Below the pieces are notes generated by a model, which had not been told where the DNA came from, searched no databases, and was given only the letters and a program-made list of their open reading frames with translations. Made by a program: the position numbers and the translations under genes. Below are positions 21,740 to 32,305 of a stretch of DNA of 64,000 nucleotides, in pieces. The stretch is from Candidatus Eiseniibacteriota bacterium (GTDB lineage: Bacteria; Eisenbacteria; RBG-16-71-46), in contig OY970178.1 in assembly GCA_963707915.1 (NCBI GenBank), positions 1,472,001 to 1,536,000 of the forward strand, given 5' to 3'. The number at the start of each line of letters is the position of its first letter. Position 1 is the first letter of the stretch.

Positions 21740-24432
21740 GCTCCCGTCCGCGGGGCGGCGCCGGCCTTGCGGGCCGTCACGCGCAGCCCGGCACCGGCGG
21801 GGCCGCCGAGCCGGTTGAGCTCGACGTCGCGGTGGGCGTAGGGCACGAACACGGCCCCCGGCGGCACGTCCTCGTCCAGCGCCGCGGGGAGCGTCAGGCC
21901 CCCGCCCGGCCCCTCGATCCGGACCGACTCGCCGGCGACCAGGCCCAGGCGCCGCGCCTCGTCGGGGTGGAAGCGCGCGGTGGCCGCCCCGGCGAGCCGC
22001 GTCAGCAACTCGATGCGGTGCCCGAGGCTGCCCTGCTGGAACAGCGTGCCGCCCGCGAGCAGCCAGAGGCCCTCGCCCGCCGCGGGCCGTTCGTCGGCCG
22101 CGGGCTGCAGCGACGCGGCGACCCGCGCGGGCGCGCTCGCCCACTGCGGTCCGAGCGGCAGCAGCGAGGCCCACGAGAGTCCCCCGTAGCCGGGCACCAG
22201 GCGCGCGATCTCGCGGAAGACGTCCTCGTTCGTGCGGTAGGACCACTCCGCCCCGAGGGCGCGCGCGACCGCCGCGAAGATCTCTCCGTCGCTCGTCGCC
22301 CCGCGCCGCGGGGCGAGCGCCCGCGCGGAGCGCTGGAGCCGGCGCTCGCAGTTGACCGCCACGCCCTCCTTCTCGGCGAAGGAGACGGCGGGGAACACGA
22401 CGTGCGCCCGGCGCGCGGTCTCGGTCATGAACAGCTCGCTCACGATCACCAGTTCGGCGCGCGCCAACGCCTGTTCCACGAGCGCGCGGTCGGGGGCGCT
22501 CCGCACCCACTCGTCGCCCACGATCCACAGCGCCTTCACCCGGCCCGCCGCCGCCGCCGCGAGGATCGCGGGCGCGGCCAGGCCCGGCGCCGCTCCGAGC
22601 TTCGCGTTCCACTGCTTCTCGAACGGCGCGCGCGCGGCCGCGTCGGCCACCGGCACGTAGCCCGGGAGGACGTCGGGCGCCAGCCCCATGTCGAGCGCGC
22701 CCTGCGTGCCGCTCTGCGGCCCCGCGTAGAGGACGCACGAGCGGGCGGACGCGAGCGCGCCGGTCGCCCATCCGAGGTTCTCGACCGCCTGCAGGAGTGC
22801 CGCCGCCTGGGCGTGCTCGGCGTAGGCCCGGCCGAACACGATCGCCCGGCTCGGGGCCTCGCGCAGCCGCCGGGCCGCCGCGGCGATCGCCGCCGCCGGC
22901 ACGCCGGTGGCCTGCGCGGCCCGCTCGGGAGTCCACGCCGCGAGCGCGCTCTTGAGCGCCGGAAGCCCGGCCGCGACCTCGGCGGGCAGGTCCGCCGGAT
23001 CGCCCAGGTCGAGCGCGGCGCGCGTGAGCCCGTTCAGGAGCGCCAGCTCGCTGCCGGGCGCGAGGCCGAGCCACTCGCCGCCGAGGCGGGCCCGCGCCAG
23101 CTTCACGCGCCGCGGGTGCGCGACGGTCAGGTGCACCCCCTGCTGGTGCTGGCCGCGGATCAGCGCGGCCTGCAGGAACGGCGACTCGCCCTGCAGGTCG
23201 TCGCCCAGGACCAGCACCTCCCGGGTCCGGCCCAGCTCGTCGATCGAGATCGACGGGCGCCCGCCGCCCGTGGCCTTGAGGAAGGCCGCGCCCGCGAGCG
23301 GGGCGACCAGGCGCGTGCGCGAGTCCACGTGGTTCGTGCCGAGCACGGCGCGCGCCAGCTTCTGCATCAGGTACTGCTCCTCGAGGCCGAGCTTCTCGCC
23401 GCCGAGGAAGGCGATCGCGTCCGCCCCGTCGCGCGCCGCGATCTCGCGCAGTCGCGCCGCGGCGTGGGCCACCGCTTCCTCGAACGAGGCCGGCTCCAGC
23501 GGGCTCGCGGACCCGCCCGGCGGGCGCACCCACGCGCCGCTCAGCCGCGCCGCGTCGTTCACGAACCCGTAGCCGAAGCGCCCGCGCACGCACAGGTACT
23601 CCTGGTTGACGCCGCGGCGCTCCGTGCCGCGCCCGCGCAGGATCTCCGCGCCGCGCACGCCGAGCCGCACCGAGCAGCCGTTCGAGCACCACGGGCAGAC
23701 GGTGACGTGCTGCCTCAGGTCCCAGGGGCGCGCCTTGAAGCGGTAGGGCAGCGCCGTGAGCGCGCCCACCGGGCAGACCTCGATGCAGTTGCCGCACTGC
23801 TCGCACTCGAGCGGCCGGCGGTCGAACGAGGAGATCTCGGTGCGCACGCCGCGCTGGTGCGCCGTGAGCGCGTCCTCGCCCATGATCTCGTCGCAGTACC
23901 GCACGCAGCGCATGCAGGCGATGCAGCGGTTCGCCTCCTTCTTCACCACCGGCCCGAGGTCCTCGGAGACGAACGTGCGCTTGGCGCCGCCCATGCGCGA
24001 GAAGTCGGCGCCGAAGGCGAAGGCCAGGTCCTGCAGCTGGCACTCGCCACCCTCGTCGCACACCGGGCAGTCGAGCGGGTGGTTGACCAGCAGGAACTCC
24101 ATGGTGCCCTTGCGCGCCTTGACCGCGACCGGGGAGTCGGTCGCCACCACCATGCCCTCGCTCACCGGCGTGGTGCAGCCGGTCTGGGGCTTCGGGTTCC
24201 AGGCGATCTCGGGGCCGCCGTCCGCGCCCAGCACGGGCTTGCCGTCCCGGTCCTTCCTCGGCAGGCCGATCTCGACCAGGCAGATGCGGCAGGCGCCCAG
24301 GGGCGGGAGCTTGGCGTGCGAGCAGAAGACCGGGATGTGCACCTCGGCGGCGCGCGCGGCGTCGGTGACGAGGGTGCCGGCCGGGACCTCGACCGTGCGG
24401 CCGTTGATGGTGACGCGGACCTTCGCGCTCAT
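21736..24432 (-). CDS. nuoG: NADH-quinone oxidoreductase subunit G (long, FDH-like)
   Basis: CRICLVE, HPLDCPVCDEGGEC, CIACMRCVRYC, CEQCGNCIEVCP, CPWCSNGC…LCVRG. Confidence 0.93.
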   Translation of the reverse strand: MSAKVRVTINGRTVEVPAGTLVTDAARAAEVHIPVFCSHAKLPPLGACRICLVEIGLPRKDRDGKPVLGADGGPEIAWNPKPQTGCTTPVSEGMVVATDSPVAVKARKGTMEFLLVNHPLDCPVCDEGGECQLQDLAFAFGADFSRMGGAKRTFVSEDLGPVVKKEANRCIACMRCVRYCDEIMGEDALTAHQRGVRTEISSFDRRPLECEQCGNCIEVCPVGALTALPYRFKARPWDLRQHVTVCPWCSNGCSVRLGVRGAEILRGRGTERRGVNQEYLCVRGRFGYGFVNDAARLSGAWVRPPGGSASPLEPASFEEAVAHAAARLREIAARDGADAIAFLGGEKLGLEEQYLMQKLARAVLGTNHVDSRTRLVAPLAGAAFLKATGGGRPSISIDELGRTREVLVLGDDLQGESPFLQAALIRGQHQQGVHLTVAHPRRVKLARARLGGEWLGLAPGSELALLNGLTRAALDLGDPADLPAEVAAGLPALKSALAAWTPERAAQATGVPAAAIAAAARRLREAPSRAIVFGRAYAEHAQAAALLQAVENLGWATGALASARSCVLYAGPQSGTQGALDMGLAPDVLPGYVPVADAAARAPFEKQWNAKLGAAPGLAAPAILAAAAAGRVKALWIVGDEWVRSAPDRALVEQALARAELVIVSELFMTETARRAHVVFPAVSFAEKEGVAVNCERRLQRSARALAPRRGATSDGEIFAAVARALGAEWSYRTNEDVFREIARLVPGYGGLSWASLLPLGPQWASAPARVAASLQPAADERPAAGEGLWLLAGGTLFQQGSLGHRIELLTRLAGAATARFHPDEARRLGLVAGESVRIEGPGGGLTLPAALDEDVPPGAVFVPYAHRDVELNRLGGPAGAGLRVTARKAGAAPRTGA

Positions 24433-25736
24433 GCCGGGACCCCCGTGCGCGCGTCGCGCCGTCGGTTCGCCAGGCAGGCCTTCCGCTCGACGTGGTGCTC
24501 GAACTCCGCGCGGAAGTGCTTGAGGAAGCCCTGCACCGGCATCGCCGCGGCGTCGCCGAGCGGGCAGAAGGAGCGGCCCAGGATGTTGTCCGCCAGGTCC
24601 GCGAGCAGGTCGATGTCGGAGGCCCGGCCCGCTCCGCGCTCGAGGCGCTCGAGGATCCCGGTCATCCAGTAGGTGCCCTCGCGGCACGGCGTGCACTTGC
24701 CGCAGGACTCGTGCGAGTAGAAGCGCATGAGGTTCCAGAGCGAGTCCACCATGCAGGTCTGCTCGTCGATGACGATGACGGCGCCCGAGCCGAGGAACGT
24801 GCCCGCGGCGTTCATGGACTCGAAGTCCAGCGGCGTGTCGAGCAGGCTGGCCGGCAGCGGCGGCACCGAGGATCCGCCCGGGATCACCGCCTTGATCTTC
24901 AGCCCGTCGCGCATCCCGCCGCAGTGCTCCTCGAGCAGCGTGCGCAGCGGCACGCCGAGCGGCAGCTCGTAGTTGCCGGGGCGCATCACCGGGCCCGAGA
25001 CGCTGAAGACCTTCGTCCCCGCGCTCTTCTCGGTCCCCCACTGGCGGTACCACGCCGCGCCCTGCCCGAGGATGTGCGGGACGTTCACCAGGGTCTCGAC
25101 GTTGTTGACGATGGTCGGGCAGCGGTAGAGCCCCTCGACCGCGGGGAACGGCGGCTTCAGGCGCGGCTGCCCGCGGAAACCCTCGAGCGACGAGAGCAGC
25201 GCGGTCTCCTCGCCGCAGATGTAGGCGCCCGCGCCCAGGTGCGTGTGCAGGTCGAAGCGGAAGCCGGTCCCGGCGACGTCACGCCCCAGCAGGCCGGCGG
25301 CGTACGCCTCGGCGATGGCCCGGTCGAGCACGGTCTGCAGCCAGCCGAACTCGCCACGCAGGTAGACGTAGCCGGTGTTGGACTGGATGGCCCAGCCCGC
25401 GAGGATCATGCCCTCGATCAGGCGGTGCGGGTTCTTCTCGATCAGCTCGCGGTCCTTGAAGGTCCCCGGCTCGCTCTCGTCGGCATTGCAGACCAGGTAC
25501 TTCGGCCGGTCGGTCCCCTTGGGCACGAAGCTCCACTTGAGCCCGGTGGGGAACCCGGCGCCGCCGCGTCCGCGCAGGCCGGAGGCCTTCACGACCTCGA
25601 TGCACTGCTCGGGCGTCTGCCGGCCGAGCACGGCCGCGACCGCGCCGTAGCCGCCGGTGCGCCGGTAGGTCTCGAGCCCGGCGAGGCCGGGCGTGTCGAT
25701 GTCCTTGAAGAGCAGGGGCCCCCGCGGCGCGCTCAC
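24429..25736 (-). CDS. nuoF: NADH-quinone oxidoreductase subunit F
   Basis: GRGGAGFPTG, NADESEPG, GAGAYICGEET, ESCGKCTPCREG. Confidence 0.96.
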   Translation of the reverse strand: MSAPRGPLLFKDIDTPGLAGLETYRRTGGYGAVAAVLGRQTPEQCIEVVKASGLRGRGGAGFPTGLKWSFVPKGTDRPKYLVCNADESEPGTFKDRELIEKNPHRLIEGMILAGWAIQSNTGYVYLRGEFGWLQTVLDRAIAEAYAAGLLGRDVAGTGFRFDLHTHLGAGAYICGEETALLSSLEGFRGQPRLKPPFPAVEGLYRCPTIVNNVETLVNVPHILGQGAAWYRQWGTEKSAGTKVFSVSGPVMRPGNYELPLGVPLRTLLEEHCGGMRDGLKIKAVIPGGSSVPPLPASLLDTPLDFESMNAAGTFLGSGAVIVIDEQTCMVDSLWNLMRFYSHESCGKCTPCREGTYWMTGILERLERGAGRASDIDLLADLADNILGRSFCPLGDAAAMPVQGFLKHFRAEFEHHVERKACLANRRRDARTGVPA

Positions 25737-26245
25737 TTCAGGCCTTCCAGGATGCGGTCCACCGCGGCCTCGTCGAGGTTCTCGTGGAACTTCTGCTCGT
25801 TCACCTGCAGGCAGGGCCCGCCGCCGCAGGCGGCCAGGCACTCCACCCGGCGCAGCGTGAAGCGGCCGTCGGGCGTGGTCTCGCCGTGGCCGATCCCCAG
25901 CTTGCGGCTGAGGTGCTGGAACAGGCGGTCGGCTCCCATGAGGGAGCACGACAGGGTCATGCAGACCTGCAGGTGGTGCCTGCCCACCGGCTTCAGGTTG
26001 AACATGGTGTAGAAGGTCGCCACGCCGAACACCTCGGTGTCCGGCAGCCCGACCGTGCGGGCCACCAGCCGCAGCGCCTCGGGCGGGAGCCAGCCCCACT
26101 CGCGCTGGGCGATCCACAGCAGCGGGAGGACGGCCGAACGCCGGTTCGGGTAGTGCGCGAGGGCCTCGTCCACCTTCGGCTGCAGCGCCGTCGGCCAGGC
26201 GACCGGCCCGGCCGGCGCCGCGTGCGTCACCGGAGCGCCGCTCAT
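25733..26245 (-). CDS. nuoE: NADH-quinone oxidoreductase subunit E
   Basis: VATFYTMF, CMTLSC, ECLAAC. Confidence 0.94.
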   Translation of the reverse strand: MSGAPVTHAAPAGPVAWPTALQPKVDEALAHYPNRRSAVLPLLWIAQREWGWLPPEALRLVARTVGLPDTEVFGVATFYTMFNLKPVGRHHLQVCMTLSCSLMGADRLFQHLSRKLGIGHGETTPDGRFTLRRVECLAACGGGPCLQVNEQKFHENLDEAAVDRILEGLK

Positions 26246-27420
26246 CGGTCCACCTCCCCGAGCACGATGTCGAGCGTGCCGATGGCGGTGATGACGTCCG
26301 CGACCAGGCCGCCGCGGACCATCGCGTCGAGCGCCTGCAGGTTCGTGAAGGACGGCGAACGCACCTTCATGCGCCAGGGCTTCGGGGTGCCGTCGGAGAC
26401 GAAGTAGAAGCCCAGCTCGCCCTTCGGGGCCTCGATGGCCTGGTAGGCCTCGCCCACCGGCGGGAAGAAGCCGTGCGCCACGATCTTGAAGTGGTGGATC
26501 AGGGCCTCCATCGAGGTCTTCACGTCCTCCTTGGGAGGCAGCACGTACTTGTAGTCGCGCAGGCGGTAATCGCCGGGCCCGATCTCGCGGAGCTTCGCGA
26601 TCGCCTGGCGGCAGATGCGCACGGCCTGGCGCATCTCCTCGAGGCGCACCAGGTAGCGGTCGAACGCGTCGCCGTGCTCCCCCACCGGGACGTCGAAGTC
26701 GTACTGCTCGTAGCCGCCGTAGGGCATGTTCCGGCGCAGGTCCCACGGCACGCCCGCGGCGCGCAGCACCGGCCCGGTGACGCCCAGCGCGATGGCGTCC
26801 TGCTTCGAGAGCAGGGCCACGCCCTTGGTGCGCGCCAGCCAGATGGGGTTGCCGGTGAGCAGCTTCTCGTACTCGGCGAAGTGCCCGGGCATGGTGTCCA
26901 GGAACCGGCTCACCCGCTCGAGGAAGTCCGCCGGCAGGTCCATCGCCAGGCCGCCCACGCGGAAGTAGGTGGCGGTCATGCGCGCGCCGCAGACCTGGTC
27001 GTACATGCCCATGATCTGCTCGCGCTCGCGGAAGGTGTAGAAGAACATCGACATCGCGCCGATGTCCATCGCGTGCGTGCCGATCCACACCAGGTGCGAC
27101 GAGAGGCGTGTCAGCTCGGTGAGCAGCACGCGCGCGTGCAGGGCGCGCGGCGGCGGCGCGATGCCGATCAGCTTCTCCACCGCCAGGCAGAAGGCCAGGT
27201 TGTTCGACATCGGCGCCAGGTAGTCCATCCGGTCGGTCTGGGGGATGGACTGCGTGTACGTCTTGTACTCGGCCTGCTTCTCCATGCCGGTGTGCAGGTA
27301 GCCGACGATCGGCTGGGCCCGGACGATGGTCTCGCCGTCCAGTTCCACGGCGACGCGCAGCACGCCGTGGGTCGCGGGGTGCTGGGGCCCCATGTTGAGG
27401 GTCATCGTCTCACTGCGCAC
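26242..27420 (-). CDS. nuoD: NADH-quinone oxidoreductase subunit D
   Basis: NMGPQHPATHGVLR, GYLHTG, DIVLGEVDR. Confidence 0.96.
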   Translation of the reverse strand: MRSETMTLNMGPQHPATHGVLRVAVELDGETIVRAQPIVGYLHTGMEKQAEYKTYTQSIPQTDRMDYLAPMSNNLAFCLAVEKLIGIAPPPRALHARVLLTELTRLSSHLVWIGTHAMDIGAMSMFFYTFREREQIMGMYDQVCGARMTATYFRVGGLAMDLPADFLERVSRFLDTMPGHFAEYEKLLTGNPIWLARTKGVALLSKQDAIALGVTGPVLRAAGVPWDLRRNMPYGGYEQYDFDVPVGEHGDAFDRYLVRLEEMRQAVRICRQAIAKLREIGPGDYRLRDYKYVLPPKEDVKTSMEALIHHFKIVAHGFFPPVGEAYQAIEAPKGELGFYFVSDGTPKPWRMKVRSPSFTNLQALDAMVRGGLVADVITAIGTLDIVLGEVDR

Positions 27421-27972
27421 GGTATCTCACCTTCTTCGGCCCGAGCTTGCGCAGCCCGGGCGCGGGCTTCTCGCGCTGCGGCGTGTTGTGGGTGAACGCC
27501 ACCTCTTCGTAGCCGAGCGGCGAGTCCTTGCGCAGCGGCCAGCCCACCCAGCCCTCGGGCAGCAGGATGCGCACCAGGTTGGGGTGCCCGGCGAACTCGA
27601 TCCCGTAGAAGTCCCAGGTCTCGCGCTCGAGCCAGTCGGCGGTGGGCCACACGCCGATGACCGTGGGGACGCGCGGGTTCTCCTCCCCGACCGGCACCTT
27701 GAGCGTCAGGCGCACGGCGCGAGAGAGCGAGAGCAGCCCGTAGACCACCTCGAAGCGCGGCTCGCGCGGCAGCCAGTCCACGCCGGAGATCCACGAGAGC
27801 ATGGCAAAGTCCAGCTCGGGGTCGTCGCGCAGGAAGGTGCAAACCTCGACCAGGTTCGCGGCCGCGACCTGGAGCGTGTGGTCGCGCACCGCCTCGCCGC
27901 GCTGGCGGCGGAACTCCACGCCGGGGAAGCGCTCGCGCAGCCGCTCCTCGATGCGCTCGGGGGTCAGCGGCG

Positions 27973-27976
<4 letters not shown>
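27410..27976 (-). CDS. nuoC: NADH-quinone oxidoreductase subunit C
   Basis: [23 protein letters not shown]. Confidence 0.93.
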
Positions 27977-28578
<602 letters not shown>

Positions 28579-28621
28579 GACACCCCCCGGGCGCGCGGGC
28601 CGGCGGGGACGACCGTCAGGC

Positions 28622-28975
28622 TCATTCCCATTCCAGCGCCCGCTTCTTCAAGAGGTACAGGTAGCCGACGAACAGGATGACGATGAAGAGCACCATCTCG
28701 ACCAGCCCGTACAGCCCGAGCTGCCGGAAGCTCACGGCCCACGGGTAGAGGAACACCGCCTCGATGTCGAACAGGATGAAGAGCACCGCGACCAGGTAGA
28801 ACTTCACCGGGAAGCGCTGACGCGCGGTGCCGACCGGCTCGATGCCGCACTCGTAGGGGCTGTTCTTGATCGCGTTGCGCCGCATGGGCACGACGAGCGA
28901 GGACGCGACCATCACGACCACGACGAAGCCCACGGCGACCAACAGCGCGATCAGGATCGGCAGATACGCGGTCAC
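28622..28975 (-). CDS. nuoA: NADH-quinone oxidoreductase subunit A
   Basis: [20 protein letters not shown]. Confidence 0.95.
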   Translation of the reverse strand: MTAYLPILIALLVAVGFVVVVMVASSLVVPMRRNAIKNSPYECGIEPVGTARQRFPVKFYLVAVLFILFDIEAVFLYPWAVSFRQLGLYGLVEMVLFIVILFVGYLYLLKKRALEWE

Positions 28976-29014
28976 GCTACTCCACCCTGCGCTCCCGGCC
29001 GGCGGCTGCCCGGC

Positions 29015-29992
29015 TCAGGCGTGCGCGTTGAGTTTCCCCACGGCCTCGGTGAGCGCCGGCACGACTTCGAAGAGGTCGCCCACGATCCCGTAGTCCGCCA
29101 CCTTGAAGATGGGCGCTTCGGCGTCCTTGTTGATCGCCACGATGCAGCGCGACGAGGTCATCCCGGCGAGGTGCTGGATGGCGCCCGAGATGCCCACCGC
29201 CACGTAGAGCTTCGGCGAGACCGTCTTGCCGGTCTGCCCGACCTGCTCCGAGTGCGGACGCCAGCCCGCGTCCACGACGGCGCGCGAGGCGCCGACGCTC
29301 GCGCCGAGCGCGGCGGCCAGGGCCTCGATCAGCGCGAAGTGCTCCGGGCCCTTCATGCCCCGTCCGCCCGAGACGATCGCCTCGGCCTCGGTCAGGTCCA
29401 CCTTGCCCGCGCCCGCCTCGACCACGCGCAGCACCTTCGCGCGCGAGGCGGCCGCGTCGAAGTCCACCGCCAGCGGCTCGACGGCCGCGCTCTTCCCGCC
29501 GGGCACCGCCGGCGCGAACGCCTTCGGACGCAGGGTGGCCAGGGCCGGCGCCTTCGGGAAGGCCACCTTCTGGAGCGCCTTGCCCGCGAAGACCGGCCGC
29601 GACGCCACCAGGCGCCCGCCCTCGACCGCCAGCGCGGTGCAGTCGGTGGCGAGCCCCGCCCCGAGGCGCGCGGCCACGCGGGGCGCCAGGTCGCGGCCCA
29701 TCGTCGAGGCGCCGAACAGGACGATCGCGGGCTTCAGCGCGGCGGCGGCGGCCGCCACCGCGCGGGCGTAGCCGGCGGCGTCGTAGGCGGCGAAGGCCGG
29801 ATGCGCGGCGAGCAGCACGCGTTCCGCGCCCGCCTCGCCGAGCGCGGCGAGCCCCGGGTCCGATGCGGCCGGGCAGACGCCGACGACGGGCCCGCCCAGC
29901 GAGGCCGCGAGCCGCGTGGCCTCGCCCAGCGCCTCGCGCGAGACCGCGCGCACGCGACCGTCCCGCTGCTCGATGAAGACCAGGATGCTCAT
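29015..29992 (-). CDS. etfA: Electron transfer flavoprotein alpha subunit
   Basis: [39 protein letters not shown]. Confidence 0.95.
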   Translation of the reverse strand: MSILVFIEQRDGRVRAVSREALGEATRLAASLGGPVVGVCPAASDPGLAALGEAGAERVLLAAHPAFAAYDAAGYARAVAAAAAALKPAIVLFGASTMGRDLAPRVAARLGAGLATDCTALAVEGGRLVASRPVFAGKALQKVAFPKAPALATLRPKAFAPAVPGGKSAAVEPLAVDFDAAASRAKVLRVVEAGAGKVDLTEAEAIVSGGRGMKGPEHFALIEALAAALGASVGASRAVVDAGWRPHSEQVGQTGKTVSPKLYVAVGISGAIQHLAGMTSSRCIVAINKDAEAPIFKVADYGIVGDLFEVVPALTEAVGKLNAHA

Positions 29993-30016
29993 GCGCTTCC
30001 CCCGTGCCTGCCGGGC

Positions 30017-30769
30017 CTAGATGACCTTCGCGTCCTCGCGCAACACCCGCACCAGCTCGGCCACCGCCTCCGGCCCCTGGCCGATGATGCGGCCCGCGGC
30101 CCGCGGCGGCGGCAGGAGCAGGGCCACGACCTCGAGGGCGGGCTCGCCCAGCTCGGCCGGCTTCTCCTCGATCGTCTTCTTCTTCGCGGCCATGATGCCC
30201 TTGAGCGACGCGTACCGCGGCTCGTTGAGGCCCTTCTCGGCCGTGACGACGGCCGGCAGCGTCAGCTCCACCACCTCGCGGCCGCCCTCGATCTCGCGCT
30301 CCACGATGACCTTCTCGCCCTCGAGGGCGAACGTCGCGGCCACGGTCGCGCACGGCAGGTCCAGCAACTCCGCCGTCATCGGGCCGACCTGCGCCTGATC
30401 GTCGTCCACCGCCTGCTTGCCGAACCACACCAGGCCGGCGCCCAGGCCGCGCAGCTCGGCGGACAGCGCGCGGGCCAGGGCGAGCGGGTCGGGCGCGGTC
30501 ACGTCGCTCCGCAGGTGGATGGCGCGGTCGGCGCCGAGCGCCAGCACGTTGCGCAGCGCGCTCTGCACCCCGGGACCGCCCACCGAGACCGCCACGACCT
30601 CTCCGCCACCCTGCTGGTCACGCACGCGCAGCGCCTGCTCCACCGCGTACTCGTCGTAGGGGTTGAGCACCCACGTCACGCCCGCGGGATCGAGGTTGCG
30701 GCCGTCGGCGGCCACCTTGACCCGTGTCTCGGTGTCGGGCACCTGCTTGACGCAGACCACCTGGATCAC
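30017..30769 (-). CDS. etfB: Electron transfer flavoprotein beta subunit
   Basis: VCVKQVPD, NPYDEYAVE, GKQAVDDD, NEPRYASLKGIM; alternative start at 30775. Confidence 0.95.
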   Translation of the reverse strand: MIQVVCVKQVPDTETRVKVAADGRNLDPAGVTWVLNPYDEYAVEQALRVRDQQGGGEVVAVSVGGPGVQSALRNVLALGADRAIHLRSDVTAPDPLALARALSAELRGLGAGLVWFGKQAVDDDQAQVGPMTAELLDLPCATVAATFALEGEKVIVEREIEGGREVVELTLPAVVTAEKGLNEPRYASLKGIMAAKKKTIEEKPAELGEPALEVVALLLPPPRAAGRIIGQGPEAVAELVRVLREDAKVI

Positions 30770-30893
30770 ACGCACCTCTGGGATCGTCCGGCCGCGAACG
30801 CGCGACGGGAATCCGGCTCACACGATGCAGCCCGGCGCCTTCACGAACGCGCGTCCACCCGGCGTCGGGCCATCACGACCGTCACGATGGCGC

Positions 30894-30923
30894 AGTCTGC
30901 CCGCGGCGGACGCGGGGTGTCAA
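30894..30923 (-). promoter_or_regulatory. Candidate sigma-70 promoter for etfBA(-nuo)
   Basis: TTGACA-N18-CAGACT. Confidence 0.45.
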
Positions 30924-31053
30924 GGCAATCGAGGTATCCTTCCGTCGCATCGCGACGCGGGCGCTCCGGACGCCGCGGGAAGGTCGGCGACCGCCCGGCC
31001 GCCGAGCGCGGACGGGGTGGATCGCCGCGGCCAGAGCGCCCCCTGTGCCCCCG

Positions 31054-31126
31054 GCGCGGGGGCCGGAGAGCGACGCAGCGAGCAGAGGCACCATGCGCTC
31101 GCTCCGTCGCTCTCAGGCCCCCGCGC
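31054..31126 (-). repeat. Intergenic hairpin element, copy 1 (inverted orientation)
   Basis: 30-bp stem with 2 mismatches; loop AGAGGCACCATGC is the reverse complement of GCATGGTGCCTCT. Confidence 0.85.
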
Positions 31127-31133
31127 GCGGTCT

Positions 31134-32126
31134 TCAGTATCCGGCGTGCTTGTCCACGACGTTGACGAGGGGGCGGCCGGCGAGGAAGCGCTCGAGATTG
31201 GCGGCGAACTGCTCGACCGCGCGCTCCCAGTAGCGCGGCCCGAGTCCTGAGACGTGGGGCGTGAGGATGACGTTGGGCATGGCCCACAGCGGGCTGTCGG
31301 CGGCGAGCGGCTCCGCGCGCACCACGTCGAGCGCCGCGCCGGCGATGCACCCGGCGCGCAGGGCGGCGACCAGGGCCGGCTCGTCCACCAGCGCGCCGCG
31401 CCCCAGGTTGATCAGCACCGCACCCGGCTTCATGCGCGCCAGCTCGGTCGCGCCGATCATCCCGCGGGTCGCCGCCGTGTGCGGCGCGGCGAGCACCACC
31501 CAGTCGGCGCGCTCGAGCAGCTCGGGCAGGCGCGCGAGGCCCCACTGCTCGTGGGCGGGCCGCGGGTCGCCGGCGGGGTGAGGGCGCACGGCGATGACGC
31601 GCAGGCCGAGCGCCGCCGAGCGCTCCGCCAGCGCCGACCCGATCGCCCCCAGTCCCACGAGCCCGAGCGTGCCACCGGCCAGCTGCCCGAAGGGGGGCGG
31701 CTCCGTCCACAGGCCGACCTGCTCCCAGCGGCGCTCGCGCTGCAGGTCGCGCGCGAGGTGGAGCTTGCGCGCGAACGCCAGCATCAGGCCGAGCGCGTGC
31801 TCGGCCATCGAGACGGCGTGCAGGCCGCGCCCGTTGGTGAACACGACATCGCTGGCGGCGAGCGCCGGGAAGAGCAGCGAGCCGACGCCGGCGGCGCTGA
31901 CGTGGATCCAGCGCAGCCGCCGGGCCAGCGGGAAGTTGCCGTCGTCCACCAGCACCCCGTAGACGACGTCGGCCTCGGGCAGCAACCGTTCGGCCGCGGC
32001 GCGGTCGGGCGGCGATTCGAAACGCACCCCGGGGTAGCGGCGGGCCAGGTCCGCGACCAGCCGGGCGGGCAGCGTCCAGACGCCCTCCGGGTCGCGGATG
32101 TATTCGAGCACGGTGATCCGCTCCAT
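31134..32126 (-). CDS. D-2-hydroxyacid dehydrogenase family protein
   Basis: GLVGLGAIG, INLGRG, AALDV…EPL, ILTPH. Confidence 0.92.
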   Translation of the reverse strand: MERITVLEYIRDPEGVWTLPARLVADLARRYPGVRFESPPDRAAAERLLPEADVVYGVLVDDGNFPLARRLRWIHVSAAGVGSLLFPALAASDVVFTNGRGLHAVSMAEHALGLMLAFARKLHLARDLQRERRWEQVGLWTEPPPFGQLAGGTLGLVGLGAIGSALAERSAALGLRVIAVRPHPAGDPRPAHEQWGLARLPELLERADWVVLAAPHTAATRGMIGATELARMKPGAVLINLGRGALVDEPALVAALRAGCIAGAALDVVRAEPLAADSPLWAMPNVILTPHVSGLGPRYWERAVEQFAANLERFLAGRPLVNVVDKHAGY

Positions 32127-32305
32127 GGCTCCGGATGGTGCCACACGGAGTGGGCGGCTTGCACGCGCGTCCGGCCCCGCGCGGCCGGGGGCCATCGACC
32201 GCCCGGGCGAGGCCAGGCCCACTTGCGCAGGCGAGTCGGCGTGGCTACAGTCCCGCAGACCGGTCGTCTTCTACACGCCTATCTCTTCGGAGGATATCGC
32301 CGCCC

